The translations under genes were made by a program, and so were the position numbers. 64,000 nt of DNA from a virus: the IMG/VR virus record IMGVR_UViG_3300021962_000041, positions 50,869 to 114,868 of that record; one strand, given 5' to 3'. The notes below the pieces were generated by a model that did no database searches, was not told where the DNA came from, and saw only the letters and a list, made by a program, of their open reading frames with translations. Position 1 is the stretch's first letter; each line of letters opens with the position of its first letter. Shown in pieces: positions 8,289 to 17,355 of this stretch.

Positions 8289-8415
8289 GATAATTATAAC
8301 CGATTACCTTTCGTCCTTGATGCGAATCGGTATCGATCTTTACACCTTCGCTTTGAAGTTTATCAAGGCGACGTGCAGTTGATTCATTCAGTTTTGCAGT
8401 CCAATAGTAACTCAT
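8254..8415 (-). CDS. Small hypothetical protein (53 aa)
   Basis: Read by eye: MSYYWTAKLNESTARR...; GGAGG SD upstream. Confidence 0.55.
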   Translation of the reverse strand: MSYYWTAKLNESTARRLDKLQSEGVKIDTDSHQGRKVIGYNYLELAFAPDENE

Positions 8416-8566
8416 GAGATTCCTCCTGTTTTGTTATATTCTATCATAGAACGCCGTGCAGCGTAAGCCTCAAATTCAGATGGGAATGATGCAATGGTCC
8501 GACCATTATCTGCCCAGTACAGATACCAACGTCTGGCAAACTGTTTGATAAGAATTGGTTTGTTCA

Positions 8567-8725
8567 TCAGTCCTCAGGATAAAGTTTCCAACCATCGGGA
8601 TAAAGTCCCATCTCTTCACAACGCACCTCATAAGCAATACGCTGTAAGCAAAGCAGATCCATCGATTCAACTGCTTTCATGATAGAGCGGCGAATCTGCT
8701 TGTCTTGAATGGTGTCGGTGACCAT
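8567..8725 (-). CDS. Hypothetical early protein
   Basis: MVTDTIQDKQIRR..., follows an early promoter. Confidence 0.7.
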   Translation of the reverse strand: MVTDTIQDKQIRRSIMKAVESMDLLCLQRIAYEVRCEEMGLYPDGWKLYPED

Positions 8726-8749
8726 TGCGGTTCCCTTGACTACCTTTGT

Positions 8750-8807
8750 ATTATAGGGCAAAAGAAAGGGGTCTCAACGACCCCTGTGCCACTTGTTCAA
8801 CTGTCCA
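8750..8807 (-). promoter_or_regulatory. Cyanophage early promoter
   Basis: TATAAT 8750-8755; GGGGTC..GACCCC hairpin; GTGCCACTT-gttc-AACTGTCCA 8786-8807. Confidence 0.8.
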
Positions 8808-9699
8808 CCTTCACGATCAGGATCTCATGGGATTCTTTAGTATTGCCCCCACCAGACAGGATTCGATTGTCACCAATACGTGTCTCTCCTAATTGATAGG
8901 AATAGTGCCATTCTGGGAAATACTGATCAAAATCTTTGTAGTATTCACGGATCGTCTCACAATTGTTATAAGACAGGATAAAACTGCCTTTGTGATTGTG
9001 CAGCAGATCTCTCAGTGTTTCATGATCAAAACCAGTATGATGCACGTCAATGTTGCAGTTGGGATACATTCCCTTCAGCATTTTGTTATCAGAATCCTTA
9101 TCCAAATAGTATGGTGGATCCAGATACAGGAGATCACCAGAATGTTCTGGGATTACATCAACAAACGATGCCTTCTCTACGTGCAGATCCTTATTGGTAT
9201 ATGCTCTGATGTTGTGGACCATCTTATCCCATTTAGTCTGACTTTCATAGATCTTACTCATCCAACCCAGATACATCGGTCCATAGGACAGGTTATGGTT
9301 GAAGTAATAGTATGCTGCAGCAGTCAGATCATCCAGTTGGATTGAATCACGCTTATAATAATCAGTGTGCCAATCTTTCAGCATATCCTGAGTATACTGC
9401 CACTGCAACAGCAACTCTTTGATTTCAGCATATTTTTCCTTGGTAGGAGTCAACTCCTGAAGTTTATCTGCCAACTCATTAGGAGAAGACAGAAGAACAT
9501 TCCAGAAGTTGACCAGAGCATCAAAGATGTCGAACCCATAGACAGGAATGCCAAGTTCAGATGCCCATTTTGATTCTAAACTACCTCCACCAACAAATGG
9601 TGAGATGATACGCTGGGGATATGGAAGTCTAGGAATATATTGAGTGATAAGTTTGTATGCCTTTGACTTACCACCAGCATAACGGAGAGGTGTTTTCAT
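8797..9699 (-). CDS. N6-adenine DNA methyltransferase (Dam/D12 class)
   Basis: PLRYAGGKS, SPFVGGGS (motif I), LYLDPPY (motif IV), ILSYN, EILI. Confidence 0.92.
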   Translation of the reverse strand: MKTPLRYAGGKSKAYKLITQYIPRLPYPQRIISPFVGGGSLESKWASELGIPVYGFDIFDALVNFWNVLLSSPNELADKLQELTPTKEKYAEIKELLLQWQYTQDMLKDWHTDYYKRDSIQLDDLTAAAYYYFNHNLSYGPMYLGWMSKIYESQTKWDKMVHNIRAYTNKDLHVEKASFVDVIPEHSGDLLYLDPPYYLDKDSDNKMLKGMYPNCNIDVHHTGFDHETLRDLLHNHKGSFILSYNNCETIREYYKDFDQYFPEWHYSYQLGETRIGDNRILSGGGNTKESHEILIVKVDS

Positions 9700-10661
9700 A
9701 GACGGGGATCTGAGAACTTACTTGAAATCTTGACTGCATCAGCAATAGTTTCTTTGCCAATGCGATAAGCAGAGGCAAAGTTTTGTGCTTCACAATATTC
9801 TGCATATTTTTCTAGAATAAAGTATAGCACATAACGATTAGATTTCCTATCAGTAAATGGTTTCACCAAACCATCTTGTGAGATAACCATAGGAAGAACT
9901 TTAGTCACATAATCATAAAACTTTAGTTTTTTTCCATTTGTGAGAGTGTCAATAAATTCTTGAAGTAGAACCATTGAACGAAGTGTAGTACCATTTACGT
10001 GTTCGGCATTGGGAAATAATTTTTTCCAGAGTCTAAACCCCTTCAAAATTTTATCAAAATTGTCACTGCTATAATCAACAGTCATAAACCAAAATTGATA
10101 AAATCCTTTTAATTCCAGTGCATCGTCTTCAGTAGAACCAAAAGATCCATCCACAATAAGATTCAAAGATAAAAGAACTTCCTGAACCCAAATTGCTTCT
10201 GGTTCTTTCCAAATAACACCTGCACGAATTTCTTCCAGTTTTGAAAGTTTTTTCCTGAAAGTATTGAGTTCGGTAAAGACCTTTGCTTCTGCCTCTTCAC
10301 ATTGTTGAAGATCATAATTTTCAGGGTGCCTAATAATACAGCACATATATGGATCTTCAACTTCACTTTGAAGATACTTGATTCCTTTATGTTGTCCATC
10401 AATGATTCTTGAACCACGTTCCGATTCAGGCAGAGAATCTGGACGAATGGCAATCACCATCGGAAGAAGTAGTGACCAATTCATTTGTCCCTGCTTTTTT
10501 AACGAAGATGCAGAGATCAATCTTTGGTATTTTTCGTCTGGTATAAGTGACAGCACCTCAGTGCGTGTTAATTCTTTATATTCTAACTTGGCACCTATCG
10601 CACCAATTGGTACGTTCAAATAGGAGAATTTTTGGGCAAGTTGCCCTAAAGTGCTAGACAT
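9696..10661 (-). CDS. ParB/Srx-like (DGQH) domain protein
   Basis: KYQR...IIDGQHKG...EAKVFTELN; AT-richer than neighbours; own TTGACA-17-TATAAT promoter at about 10721-10749. Confidence 0.7.
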   Translation of the reverse strand: MSSTLGQLAQKFSYLNVPIGAIGAKLEYKELTRTEVLSLIPDEKYQRLISASSLKKQGQMNWSLLLPMVIAIRPDSLPESERGSRIIDGQHKGIKYLQSEVEDPYMCCIIRHPENYDLQQCEEAEAKVFTELNTFRKKLSKLEEIRAGVIWKEPEAIWVQEVLLSLNLIVDGSFGSTEDDALELKGFYQFWFMTVDYSSDNFDKILKGFRLWKKLFPNAEHVNGTTLRSMVLLQEFIDTLTNGKKLKFYDYVTKVLPMVISQDGLVKPFTDRKSNRYVLYFILEKYAEYCEAQNFASAYRIGKETIADAVKISSKFSDPRL

Positions 10662-10745
10662 AATCGATGCCTCCTTGGCATAGTTTTGTGTTTGTATGCA
10701 CTACTTTGTGCATACAGATATTATATATGAAATTTTTCCTATTTG

Positions 10746-11453
10746 TCAAGCAGGAACAACATCATATGGCAGGTTTTCCTGCAGGAAGGGATACAATCCC
10801 TTAGAACGCACACCATGATTCATAGAACCACAGTGCTTGCCACCACGAACCTCAAGATAAAAGATCTCTTTGTCTTCTGCACGAACAACAACCTTAGCAC
10901 CCTTTGTCACATACACTTCGTAGTCTGAATTGACATACAGATTGATAACATCTTTCATATCATAGACCAAAGCATCAGAAGTGTTGCTCTTCAGTACAAC
11001 CAACTTGTTAGCATCATAGTTATCGGTAAAGACTTTCTCCAGAACCACACGGAAATTGTCTTTATTCCGCAACCATTCGGCAGCATTCAATGCACCAGCA
11101 TAAAATGCATCAAACAGGTTAGTATCAATCATGTTCTTGTTGTCACGCTTGAATGATTTGTGAGCGTGAGCAGCAAATTGATACTGATAAAGAGGATTAT
11201 TGGTGCCATAAACAAGCGCAGAACGCTCAAGTCTAGAGAGCAAAAGTTGAATATTATTCGCAGCGCCCTTGACAGAATAACGATTATCTTCACAGATAAC
11301 ATCAGGTTTCTGTGTGCCACGGACAACATATTCAATGCTGCCAAGACGTTCTGCAAAGACTTCTTCTTTTTTATGTCCACGCTTTTTCACATGGGATGCA
11401 ACCTCATGCGTGGGAGCGTGGCGGGAACCATCGTAACCTTGAATGATTGTCAT
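10746..11453 (-). CDS. Putative PD-(D/E)xK restriction-type endonuclease
   Basis: GHKKEEVF...KPDV...YSVKG (E...PD...SxK arrangement seen in some type II REases); near an MTase. Confidence 0.55.
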   Translation of the reverse strand: MTIIQGYDGSRHAPTHEVASHVKKRGHKKEEVFAERLGSIEYVVRGTQKPDVICEDNRYSVKGAANNIQLLLSRLERSALVYGTNNPLYQYQFAAHAHKSFKRDNKNMIDTNLFDAFYAGALNAAEWLRNKDNFRVVLEKVFTDNYDANKLVVLKSNTSDALVYDMKDVINLYVNSDYEVYVTKGAKVVVRAEDKEIFYLEVRGGKHCGSMNHGVRSKGLYPFLQENLPYDVVPA

Positions 11454-11488
11454 AGTAAGTACGGATTCGTAACTTTGTTTACCTTGTT

Positions 11489-11546
11489 ATTATACTGCCT
11501 GCATCAGACGATTGGGGAAGCAATGTGACACTTGTTGAACTGGCAC
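11489..11546 (-). promoter_or_regulatory. Cyanophage early promoter
   Basis: TATAAT 11489-11494; GTGACACTT-gttg-AACTGGCAC 11525-11546. Confidence 0.8.
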
Positions 11547-11966
11547 ATTCAATTCGTCAAACAAATACTCCAGATATAGTGTTTCTTCTTGCTCCCGTGC
11601 CTCTATTTCGTGTGCTTGATGCCAATAGTCCACATTTTCCATGCATTCTTTACCATAATACATTTTTCCGCTTCGCAACCGCAGTGAACCGACTACCCAC
11701 TGCCGTAGATGGGTCAGTTCATGTAAAAGAGTTTTTATATACAACTCCTCCTCCATATGGGTGTTCAGTTCAATCAGGAAGTGACGGGGGCGATAGGTTT
11801 CACCCACAACGTCACAATACCCATAGACACACTCACGATTCAGACCACGATGCACAATATCCACCGTGATCTTGTGGCGGGGAAAGAACTTATTCAGAAA
11901 CCAAGTGGTAACATCCTCGCAGACCCGCTTGCGATAACCATATCCAGAATGCGTGATGTAAGACAT
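11490..11966 (-). CDS. Zinc metallopeptidase-like protein (HExxH)
   Basis: TLLHELTHLRQW...HEIEA. Confidence 0.8.
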   Translation of the reverse strand: MSYITHSGYGYRKRVCEDVTTWFLNKFFPRHKITVDIVHRGLNRECVYGYCDVVGETYRPRHFLIELNTHMEEELYIKTLLHELTHLRQWVVGSLRLRSGKMYYGKECMENVDYWHQAHEIEAREQEETLYLEYLFDELNVPVQQVSHCFPNRLMQAV

Positions 11967-12030
11967 TGACCCCAGTGCAGAAACCAAATGAACGAAGAAA
12001 CAAACAGGAGTTTTTCTTTAGTAGTCATGA

Positions 12031-12486
12031 TCAGCGAGCGTACAAATAACCACCTGCCCAATCAGCATTCTCAAGCAACCATTCACGATCACAGATCAGG
12101 CGCAGATCGTAGCGAACACCCTTCGCAGGAGACTTCCAAGATGCAGACTTATACACTTGACCAGTCTTTTTATCTACAAAAGCATGGACAGAGCGGGAAC
12201 CATTAGCAACCATAATGATTTTGTGGTACTTACGACCTGTTTCAGGATAGAACTCATAACCACAATTGCCGTTCTTCAGGTCTTGAATGCAATCCTTGTG
12301 ATAGGCAATACCAGTTTCAGTGTTGCCTTCCAGGCGCTTCAGAGCACTTTCGTGCATCTTGATGCTGTAATCAATGAAGTTCTGGCGGAGTGCCTCACAA
12401 AGGGCATAGGTGTGCCCCAGAACTGCCTCTGCGATGTTCTTCCGTGCCTCTGCTTGGGCGGAATACTCAGCGAAGGTGGTCGTCAT
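12031..12486 (-). CDS. Conserved cyanophage early hypothetical protein
   Basis: GRKYHKI...SVHAFVDKKTG.VYKSASWKSPAKGVRY...ADWAGGYLY. Confidence 0.8.
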   Translation of the reverse strand: MTTTFAEYSAQAEARKNIAEAVLGHTYALCEALRQNFIDYSIKMHESALKRLEGNTETGIAYHKDCIQDLKNGNCGYEFYPETGRKYHKIIMVANGSRSVHAFVDKKTGQVYKSASWKSPAKGVRYDLRLICDREWLLENADWAGGYLYAR

Positions 12487-12507
12487 TGCTTGGTTGCGTA
12501 TGTGCTT

Positions 12508-12566
12508 ATTATAGCGGCACCTAGGCACCGCTGGGAGGGTCAGTATGCCAGTTCAGAATCTGGCAC
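12508..12566 (-). promoter_or_regulatory. Cyanophage early promoter
   Basis: TATAAT 12508-12513; AGCGG..CCGCT hairpin; ATGCCAGTT-caga-ATCTGGCAC 12545-12566. Confidence 0.8.
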
Positions 12567-12700
12567 CCAGTAGTCGTCAGACTCCAGGTATCCCATCCAA
12601 TCTTTAGGATCGGAATCATACAGGGCAATTTCCCGCAGTTCATCAATCAGTTCAGACAGATCCATGAGAAGTTCCTCAACTACTTGATTATTATAGCAGA

Positions 12701-13114
12701 TCAAACTGCTAATGCGCCAGAGGGGATTTCAACAACTTCAGGAAGTTTTTCCACAAATGTATTCATGTTGTAGCATACCCATTCACCATTGCGGAAGATA
12801 TAGTGATACTCTTCACCATTATCAGGGAGAAGATACTCACACAGGTCAGCATCAAGACGAGGAGGGCATTCATCACCACGCTGAGAATAGTATTGAGGAC
12901 CATAAACACCCTTCACATCAGTATCATCCCAACGTTCATCAGTCCAGCAGCAGGACATATCACCACCATCAATCAGTTCGGCAGCAAGAGAACGAGAGTT
13001 GTAATGCGTGGTCAGAATGCGACCCAACCACTCAGGGTAACCATCCCAGTGGTGATACACAGAAAGCACAGAACCATCTTTGAGTTCAATACCAATGCGA
13101 GAGCGGGTTGCCAT
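12701..13114 (-). CDS. Conserved phage hypothetical protein (MATRSRIG..YHHWDGYP family)
   Basis: Characteristic N-terminal motif; follows an early promoter. Confidence 0.8.
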   Translation of the reverse strand: MATRSRIGIELKDGSVLSVYHHWDGYPEWLGRILTTHYNSRSLAAELIDGGDMSCCWTDERWDDTDVKGVYGPQYYSQRGDECPPRLDADLCEYLLPDNGEEYHYIFRNGEWVCYNMNTFVEKLPEVVEIPSGALAV

Positions 13115-13139
13115 TGGGGCGTCTGTCGATTACCCACAT

Positions 13140-13198
13140 ATTATAAGGGGTCCCCAGTGCCCTGAGAACCCCCTGTGTGCCAGTTTAGAAAATGTCCT
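13140..13198 (-). promoter_or_regulatory. Cyanophage early promoter
   Basis: TATAAT 13140-13145; GTGCCAGTT-taga-AAATGTCCT 13177-13198. Confidence 0.8.
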
Positions 13199-13410
13199 CA
13201 ATCGTCGTAGATTTTACACTCTGCTGCATCAGGATGGGCGTCACAATACAACTCAAGTGGTGTGGGATCATGTAAATCTTCAGGATGATTTGCTTTATAT
13301 GTCTTAAGTGCTTCTAATTCTTCTTCTGTGTGTCTCCGTGCCTGTGGAGAAATTGTAGGGTCACTCAGAAGATCCTCATCCTTCTGAATGTGTTGGTCGA
13401 TGTTTTCCAT
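13198..13410 (-). CDS. cp12: CP12 Calvin-cycle inhibitor (auxiliary metabolic gene)
   Basis: C-terminal PLELYCDAHPDAAECKIYDD, central EEELE; late-promoter-like ATAAATA at about 13431-13437. Confidence 0.93.
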   Translation of the reverse strand: MENIDQHIQKDEDLLSDPTISPQARRHTEEELEALKTYKANHPEDLHDPTPLELYCDAHPDAAECKIYDD

Positions 13411-13440
13411 AGTTTTGTATCGGGTTGATATATTTATTTC

Positions 13441-13647
13441 TCACTCACTCAAAGAATTACCACGCCAGTTCTTCGGTGGGGGAGGATCACATTTTCCTTC
13501 AAGGGAGCGAACCATTAATTCAGTAAACTTTTCCATTTTTTCTGCAGAAACTGTTTGTGGAGACCAAGTAATTGCTTGCTTGAGGGCAATAAGTTCGTTC
13601 CATTCTTCCTGAGTAAGATTTTCAGTACCAGTTTTTGCAAGAGTCAT
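13441..13647 (-). CDS. Hypothetical protein
   Basis: ORF with SD (AAGGA). Confidence 0.7.
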   Translation of the reverse strand: MTLAKTGTENLTQEEWNELIALKQAITWSPQTVSAEKMEKFTELMVRSLEGKCDPPPPKNWRGNSLSE

Positions 13648-13735
13648 AGTTCCTTTGCGATGTAACCCAATGTTAGCATTCCAATATAATACTATCTAGA
13701 AACTTAATGTTTTCTTTGGGATCACGTTACACTAC

Positions 13736-14362
13736 TTAATAATGTAACTCTGCGACATATCTTTTAAGGTAATCAATCTTGACATCAACAGATAAAATGA
13801 TTCTTTCTTTTGTTCCACCATGAACAACAGAATGCTTAAGAGGTCCACCATCTTTGAATGCAAGAATCTTACCATCTTCCCAAGTTTTTGTTTGATCTCC
13901 AACTGTAATTCTACAACCAGGATCACATGAAATTCCAAGATGCATTCTCATATAGTTATCAGTCCATCCAGTATGGGGATTAATAACAGAACCAGGAACT
14001 AATCGACTAATAAAAGAATTATGGAGTACATCTAGTTCTTCTTCATACTTTCTGAGTATTCCAGTTGTTACTGGACATTTTTTTCTAGAGTTTTCAATAA
14101 TAACTTTTAAGAATGCCATCTCTTGCTCACTAGCATAAGATGACATAAATTCACCTTCAAACTTTGTTAAGGGCGCTGCTTTCCAGTAATGTTCATACAA
14201 ATTTCTACCATCAATTTGATATCGTGGATAATCAAATAATGATAATGGTGCCTCACAAAAGTTAAGAATTTCTTCTTTAATTACTGGATAGTTCTCAATC
14301 AGTTCATTATATACTGGAACATCTTCAAAATAAGATTCCCAAAATGCTATTTTCTTGCTCAT
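13736..14362 (-). CDS. Aspartyl/asparaginyl beta-hydroxylase (AspH/LpxO-like) 2OG-Fe(II) oxygenase
   Basis: SRLVPGSVINPHTG..MRMHLG..WEDGKILAFKD..KHSVVH...RIILSVD. Confidence 0.88.
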   Translation of the reverse strand: MSKKIAFWESYFEDVPVYNELIENYPVIKEEILNFCEAPLSLFDYPRYQIDGRNLYEHYWKAAPLTKFEGEFMSSYASEQEMAFLKVIIENSRKKCPVTTGILRKYEEELDVLHNSFISRLVPGSVINPHTGWTDNYMRMHLGISCDPGCRITVGDQTKTWEDGKILAFKDGGPLKHSVVHGGTKERIILSVDVKIDYLKRYVAELHY

Positions 14363-15027
14363 TTTAAATACTTCTCTAGGTAACTTAACTTAAGATCAAA
14401 GGACATAACATATCTATCTTTCTTTCCATTATGGACTACACTATGATAGTATGGACCGCCATCTTTAAATGCTAATATTTTACCATTTTTCCACGTTTTT
14501 GTCACGTTTCCTACAGTTATCTGGCATCCAGGATCTTCCACAAGACACAAATGCACTCTCATATAATCTTTAGAGTATCCTTGATGAGGTCTAATAATTG
14601 TACCAGGAGATACCATACTTAAGAACATATTGGCGAGTATTCCCTCTTTCTCTGGTTTTTTAATAATGTTATGAATTACAGGTGTAAGGATCCATCGATA
14701 TTGATCAATCAACATATCGAGATCCTTTCCACCCTGTAACTTCTTCACGATCATATTCACTTCGTGATGGTATGATTCGCTAAATCTAGAAAGAGCTAGA
14801 ACATCCCATGTATTATCATACATTTTCACCTTTTTACCACTCTCGGGGTCGGTAATCTTATACTTTGGATAAGGATTCATCCATTTATAAGAAGATCCAC
14901 CAACCTTTGGAAATAGTTTGGATTTGATAATGAGTTCCCACTTAATAAACCTCCAATACCGCATAAATGTGCGGCATATGGGTTCATCCATTAAATAATC
15001 TTCCCAAAACTCTGGTTCCTGTATCAT
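14359..15027 (-). CDS. AspH/LpxO-like 2OG-Fe(II) oxygenase
   Basis: SPGTIIRPHQG..MRVHL..WKNGKILAFKD..YHSVVH...RYVMSFD. Confidence 0.88.
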   Translation of the reverse strand: MIQEPEFWEDYLMDEPICRTFMRYWRFIKWELIIKSKLFPKVGGSSYKWMNPYPKYKITDPESGKKVKMYDNTWDVLALSRFSESYHHEVNMIVKKLQGGKDLDMLIDQYRWILTPVIHNIIKKPEKEGILANMFLSMVSPGTIIRPHQGYSKDYMRVHLCLVEDPGCQITVGNVTKTWKNGKILAFKDGGPYYHSVVHNGKKDRYVMSFDLKLSYLEKYLK

Positions 15028-15698
15028 TCGATATCAATATATTCTTTCAGATAATCTACGCTCAAGTCAAACGAAAGATAGAGTCGATCTTGATCCTTAC
15101 TCTCGTTCTTCATGCTGATAAAGTATGGACCTTGATCTCTGAATGCCAGAATATCTCCATCACTCCAGGTTCGAGTCTCATCACCAACATTGATTGTGGC
15201 AGCATCATCATCCCAGGCAAGTCCTAGATGCACTCGTACATACTCTTTTGTCCAACCTTTGTGGCGATTAACCACACAACCAGGATAAAGTGTTCCCAGG
15301 AAAGCATTTGCCAATTTCTTATCTCGTTCTGCTCTCCAGATCAGATTATGAAGCACAGGTAGACCACGCTTACGCAGTTTCCTGATGGTATCATCAAGAC
15401 TCAGATCCAGTTTCTTCTCTTGTTCTGCCTTAAATTCAAGGAACTCTGGACTTACAGACTTCTCCTCATCAACATAACCAACAGGAAGAGTTGTCCAGTT
15501 GCCAGTATATAATGGATTCTGATCTCCAGTATCAGGATCAACAACCAAAGGATTGAAATAAGGAAGCGACCAATGTGATGCCATTGCAGCAAAATGAGTC
15601 AGTTCAATATAAAGTTTATCAAAGTTCTCAATCAACGAAGCACAAATAGGTTCTTTCCCTTGCTTCAGTTTAAAATCCCAAAATGCAGGTTCTGTCAT
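15024..15698 (-). CDS. AspH/LpxO-like 2OG-Fe(II) oxygenase, distal His replaced
   Basis: YPGCVVNRHKG..VRVHLG..WSDGDILAFRD..FISMKN...RLYLSFD. Confidence 0.82.
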   Translation of the reverse strand: MTEPAFWDFKLKQGKEPICASLIENFDKLYIELTHFAAMASHWSLPYFNPLVVDPDTGDQNPLYTGNWTTLPVGYVDEEKSVSPEFLEFKAEQEKKLDLSLDDTIRKLRKRGLPVLHNLIWRAERDKKLANAFLGTLYPGCVVNRHKGWTKEYVRVHLGLAWDDDAATINVGDETRTWSDGDILAFRDQGPYFISMKNESKDQDRLYLSFDLSVDYLKEYIDIE

Positions 15699-15725
15699 AC
15701 TTAAATCTCCACTTGTAGTATTATA

Positions 15726-16916
15726 TCACACTTCGATGACTTGACTGATACACTTACCACCAAAGGCAAATGAGTTGTTGAGAGTCCGAAGTGTTCTGTT
15801 TGGTAGTTCTAGATTCTCCTTGACAAGACATTCTTTTCTGTCAAGTGAACATTTATTTAGATTCTGGATGTGAGGGATGACTCTGTTCTTCATCGACTCA
15901 ATCGCATAGATTGTTTCAAGAATACTAGCAGCACCGATTGTATGTCCAATCTTACTCTTTGGTGCATAGATTGGAGTCTTGTCAAGAACATCTGTGATTG
16001 CCATGTATTCAATTGGATCACCGATAAATGTAGAGGTTGCATGGCCCGACACAGCATCAATAATCATGGGCATGGGACTATGCATGTCAGCGTTCTTCAG
16101 CGCCTTTGTAATCGCTATCTTGGCGCCTCTGGCGTCAGGTGCTGGAGCAGTCATGTCCAGGGCGTCAGATGCCATTCCAGAGGGGTACAGGGTGGCGTGG
16201 ATGGTGCTACCATACTCCTTTGCCTTCTGACTGGATTGTAGGATCAGGCATCCAGCACCATCACCCATCATGAAACCTTCACGCTTGTCATCAAATGGGC
16301 AGTTATAGTTTCCAAGGGCACCAAGTGCCTGAAAATATAACATCAGTTCCACGTTCACATTATAGTCAGACGATCCAACCACAACATATTCATATTCATC
16401 ACACAGGCGTTGAGCATACTCCATGGTAAACAGTGAGGTTGCACATGATGCCAACATGGAAACAGATGCTCCCATGAATCCATAATGTCCACACAGGTGA
16501 GATGGAATCATATCAGGCAGAATGTTTACCAGTTTCCGCAGATTAATTCTCTTCCGATCATACAAATCATTTACAATCTTGTTACCTGCCTCATAGGAAT
16601 TAGAAGCAGATGAGAAGATCACTGCAACTTCCTGCTGTGGTTTCAGACCAGACATTTTAAGTGCCTGCTCTACAACATGGAATGCAAGAAGTTGTGATCT
16701 TGTGTAGGTTCGCATCAATTTGGGATCAAGATCTGGCAGTTGTAGAGTTTCATAGTCTACCATCAGACCCCTGGTAATCTTTTCACCCCGTTCAATCATG
16801 GGATGAAAGTCCACAGAATAATCTACATCATCTAAAAACCTTGGAAAACAATCGCTAGGATTGTTACCCAAGGCGTCAATCATTCCATAACCAACAACAT
16901 GGACTGGATTAACCAT
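15726..16916 (-). CDS. fabF: Beta-ketoacyl-[ACP] synthase (FabF/KAS-II-like)
   Basis: Cys-His-His triad: ASCATS, GHATST..GD..E, KSKIGHTIGAA; PFD..REGF.MGDGAG; NNSFAFGG. Confidence 0.9.
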   Translation of the reverse strand: MVNPVHVVGYGMIDALGNNPSDCFPRFLDDVDYSVDFHPMIERGEKITRGLMVDYETLQLPDLDPKLMRTYTRSQLLAFHVVEQALKMSGLKPQQEVAVIFSSASNSYEAGNKIVNDLYDRKRINLRKLVNILPDMIPSHLCGHYGFMGASVSMLASCATSLFTMEYAQRLCDEYEYVVVGSSDYNVNVELMLYFQALGALGNYNCPFDDKREGFMMGDGAGCLILQSSQKAKEYGSTIHATLYPSGMASDALDMTAPAPDARGAKIAITKALKNADMHSPMPMIIDAVSGHATSTFIGDPIEYMAITDVLDKTPIYAPKSKIGHTIGAASILETIYAIESMKNRVIPHIQNLNKCSLDRKECLVKENLELPNRTLRTLNNSFAFGGKCISQVIEV

Positions 16917-17152
16917 TACTCGTCATCTCCACGATTAAAAAATGTACCAAAGAAACCAGAATCACCTGGTTTTCGGTTTTCGAGTTTGTCAAGCAAGGAA
17001 TCTGTAGTCTGTAGAGATTCAATACGACTGATTAGATCAGCGATCACACTACAAACCATCGGACGCTCTTGACGTGCAGCATATGCTAGCGCATTTCGCA
17101 GAGATTGCTCTGCTTCCTTTAACGATTCTTCAACAGATTGTGATAGTGCCAT
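16916..17152 (-). CDS. Hypothetical protein
   Basis: ORF whose stop overlaps the fabF-like start. Confidence 0.7.
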   Translation of the reverse strand: MALSQSVEESLKEAEQSLRNALAYAARQERPMVCSVIADLISRIESLQTTDSLLDKLENRKPGDSGFFGTFFNRGDDE

Positions 17153-17355
17153 ACTTCAGGGTTCTCCAGGTCTTTACAACGGGGGTAGAAGATGCCGTCA
17201 CGATAACAGGCATGTTCTGGATTTGGTTTATCATATTTTACCACATTTGGGGGATAATCTCTAACATTACAGAGTTCTCCTTGTTTTAACATAAAGTTTT
17301 CAAAACACAGACCAGCAACAAATGGGGCAAGAAATTGAAGAGTATACATCAACAA
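17119..17355 (-). CDS. Hypothetical protein
   Basis: ORF track. Confidence 0.65.
   Translation of the reverse strand: MLMYTLQFLAPFVAGLCFENFMLKQGELCNVRDYPPNVVKYDKPNPEHACYRDGIFYPRCKDLENPEVWHYHNLLKNR

Noticed and set aside
9696-10661. Dnd phosphorothioation component (DGQHR-like motif)
   Set aside because: The motif is DGQHK in a generic ParB/Srx-like fold, and no dndA/C/D/E genes are present in the window.
16916-17152. Possible acyl carrier protein next to the ketosynthase (contains DSL)
   Set aside because: Lacks the (L)GxDSL context, and the Ser position and helix layout do not fit an ACP; treated as hypothetical.
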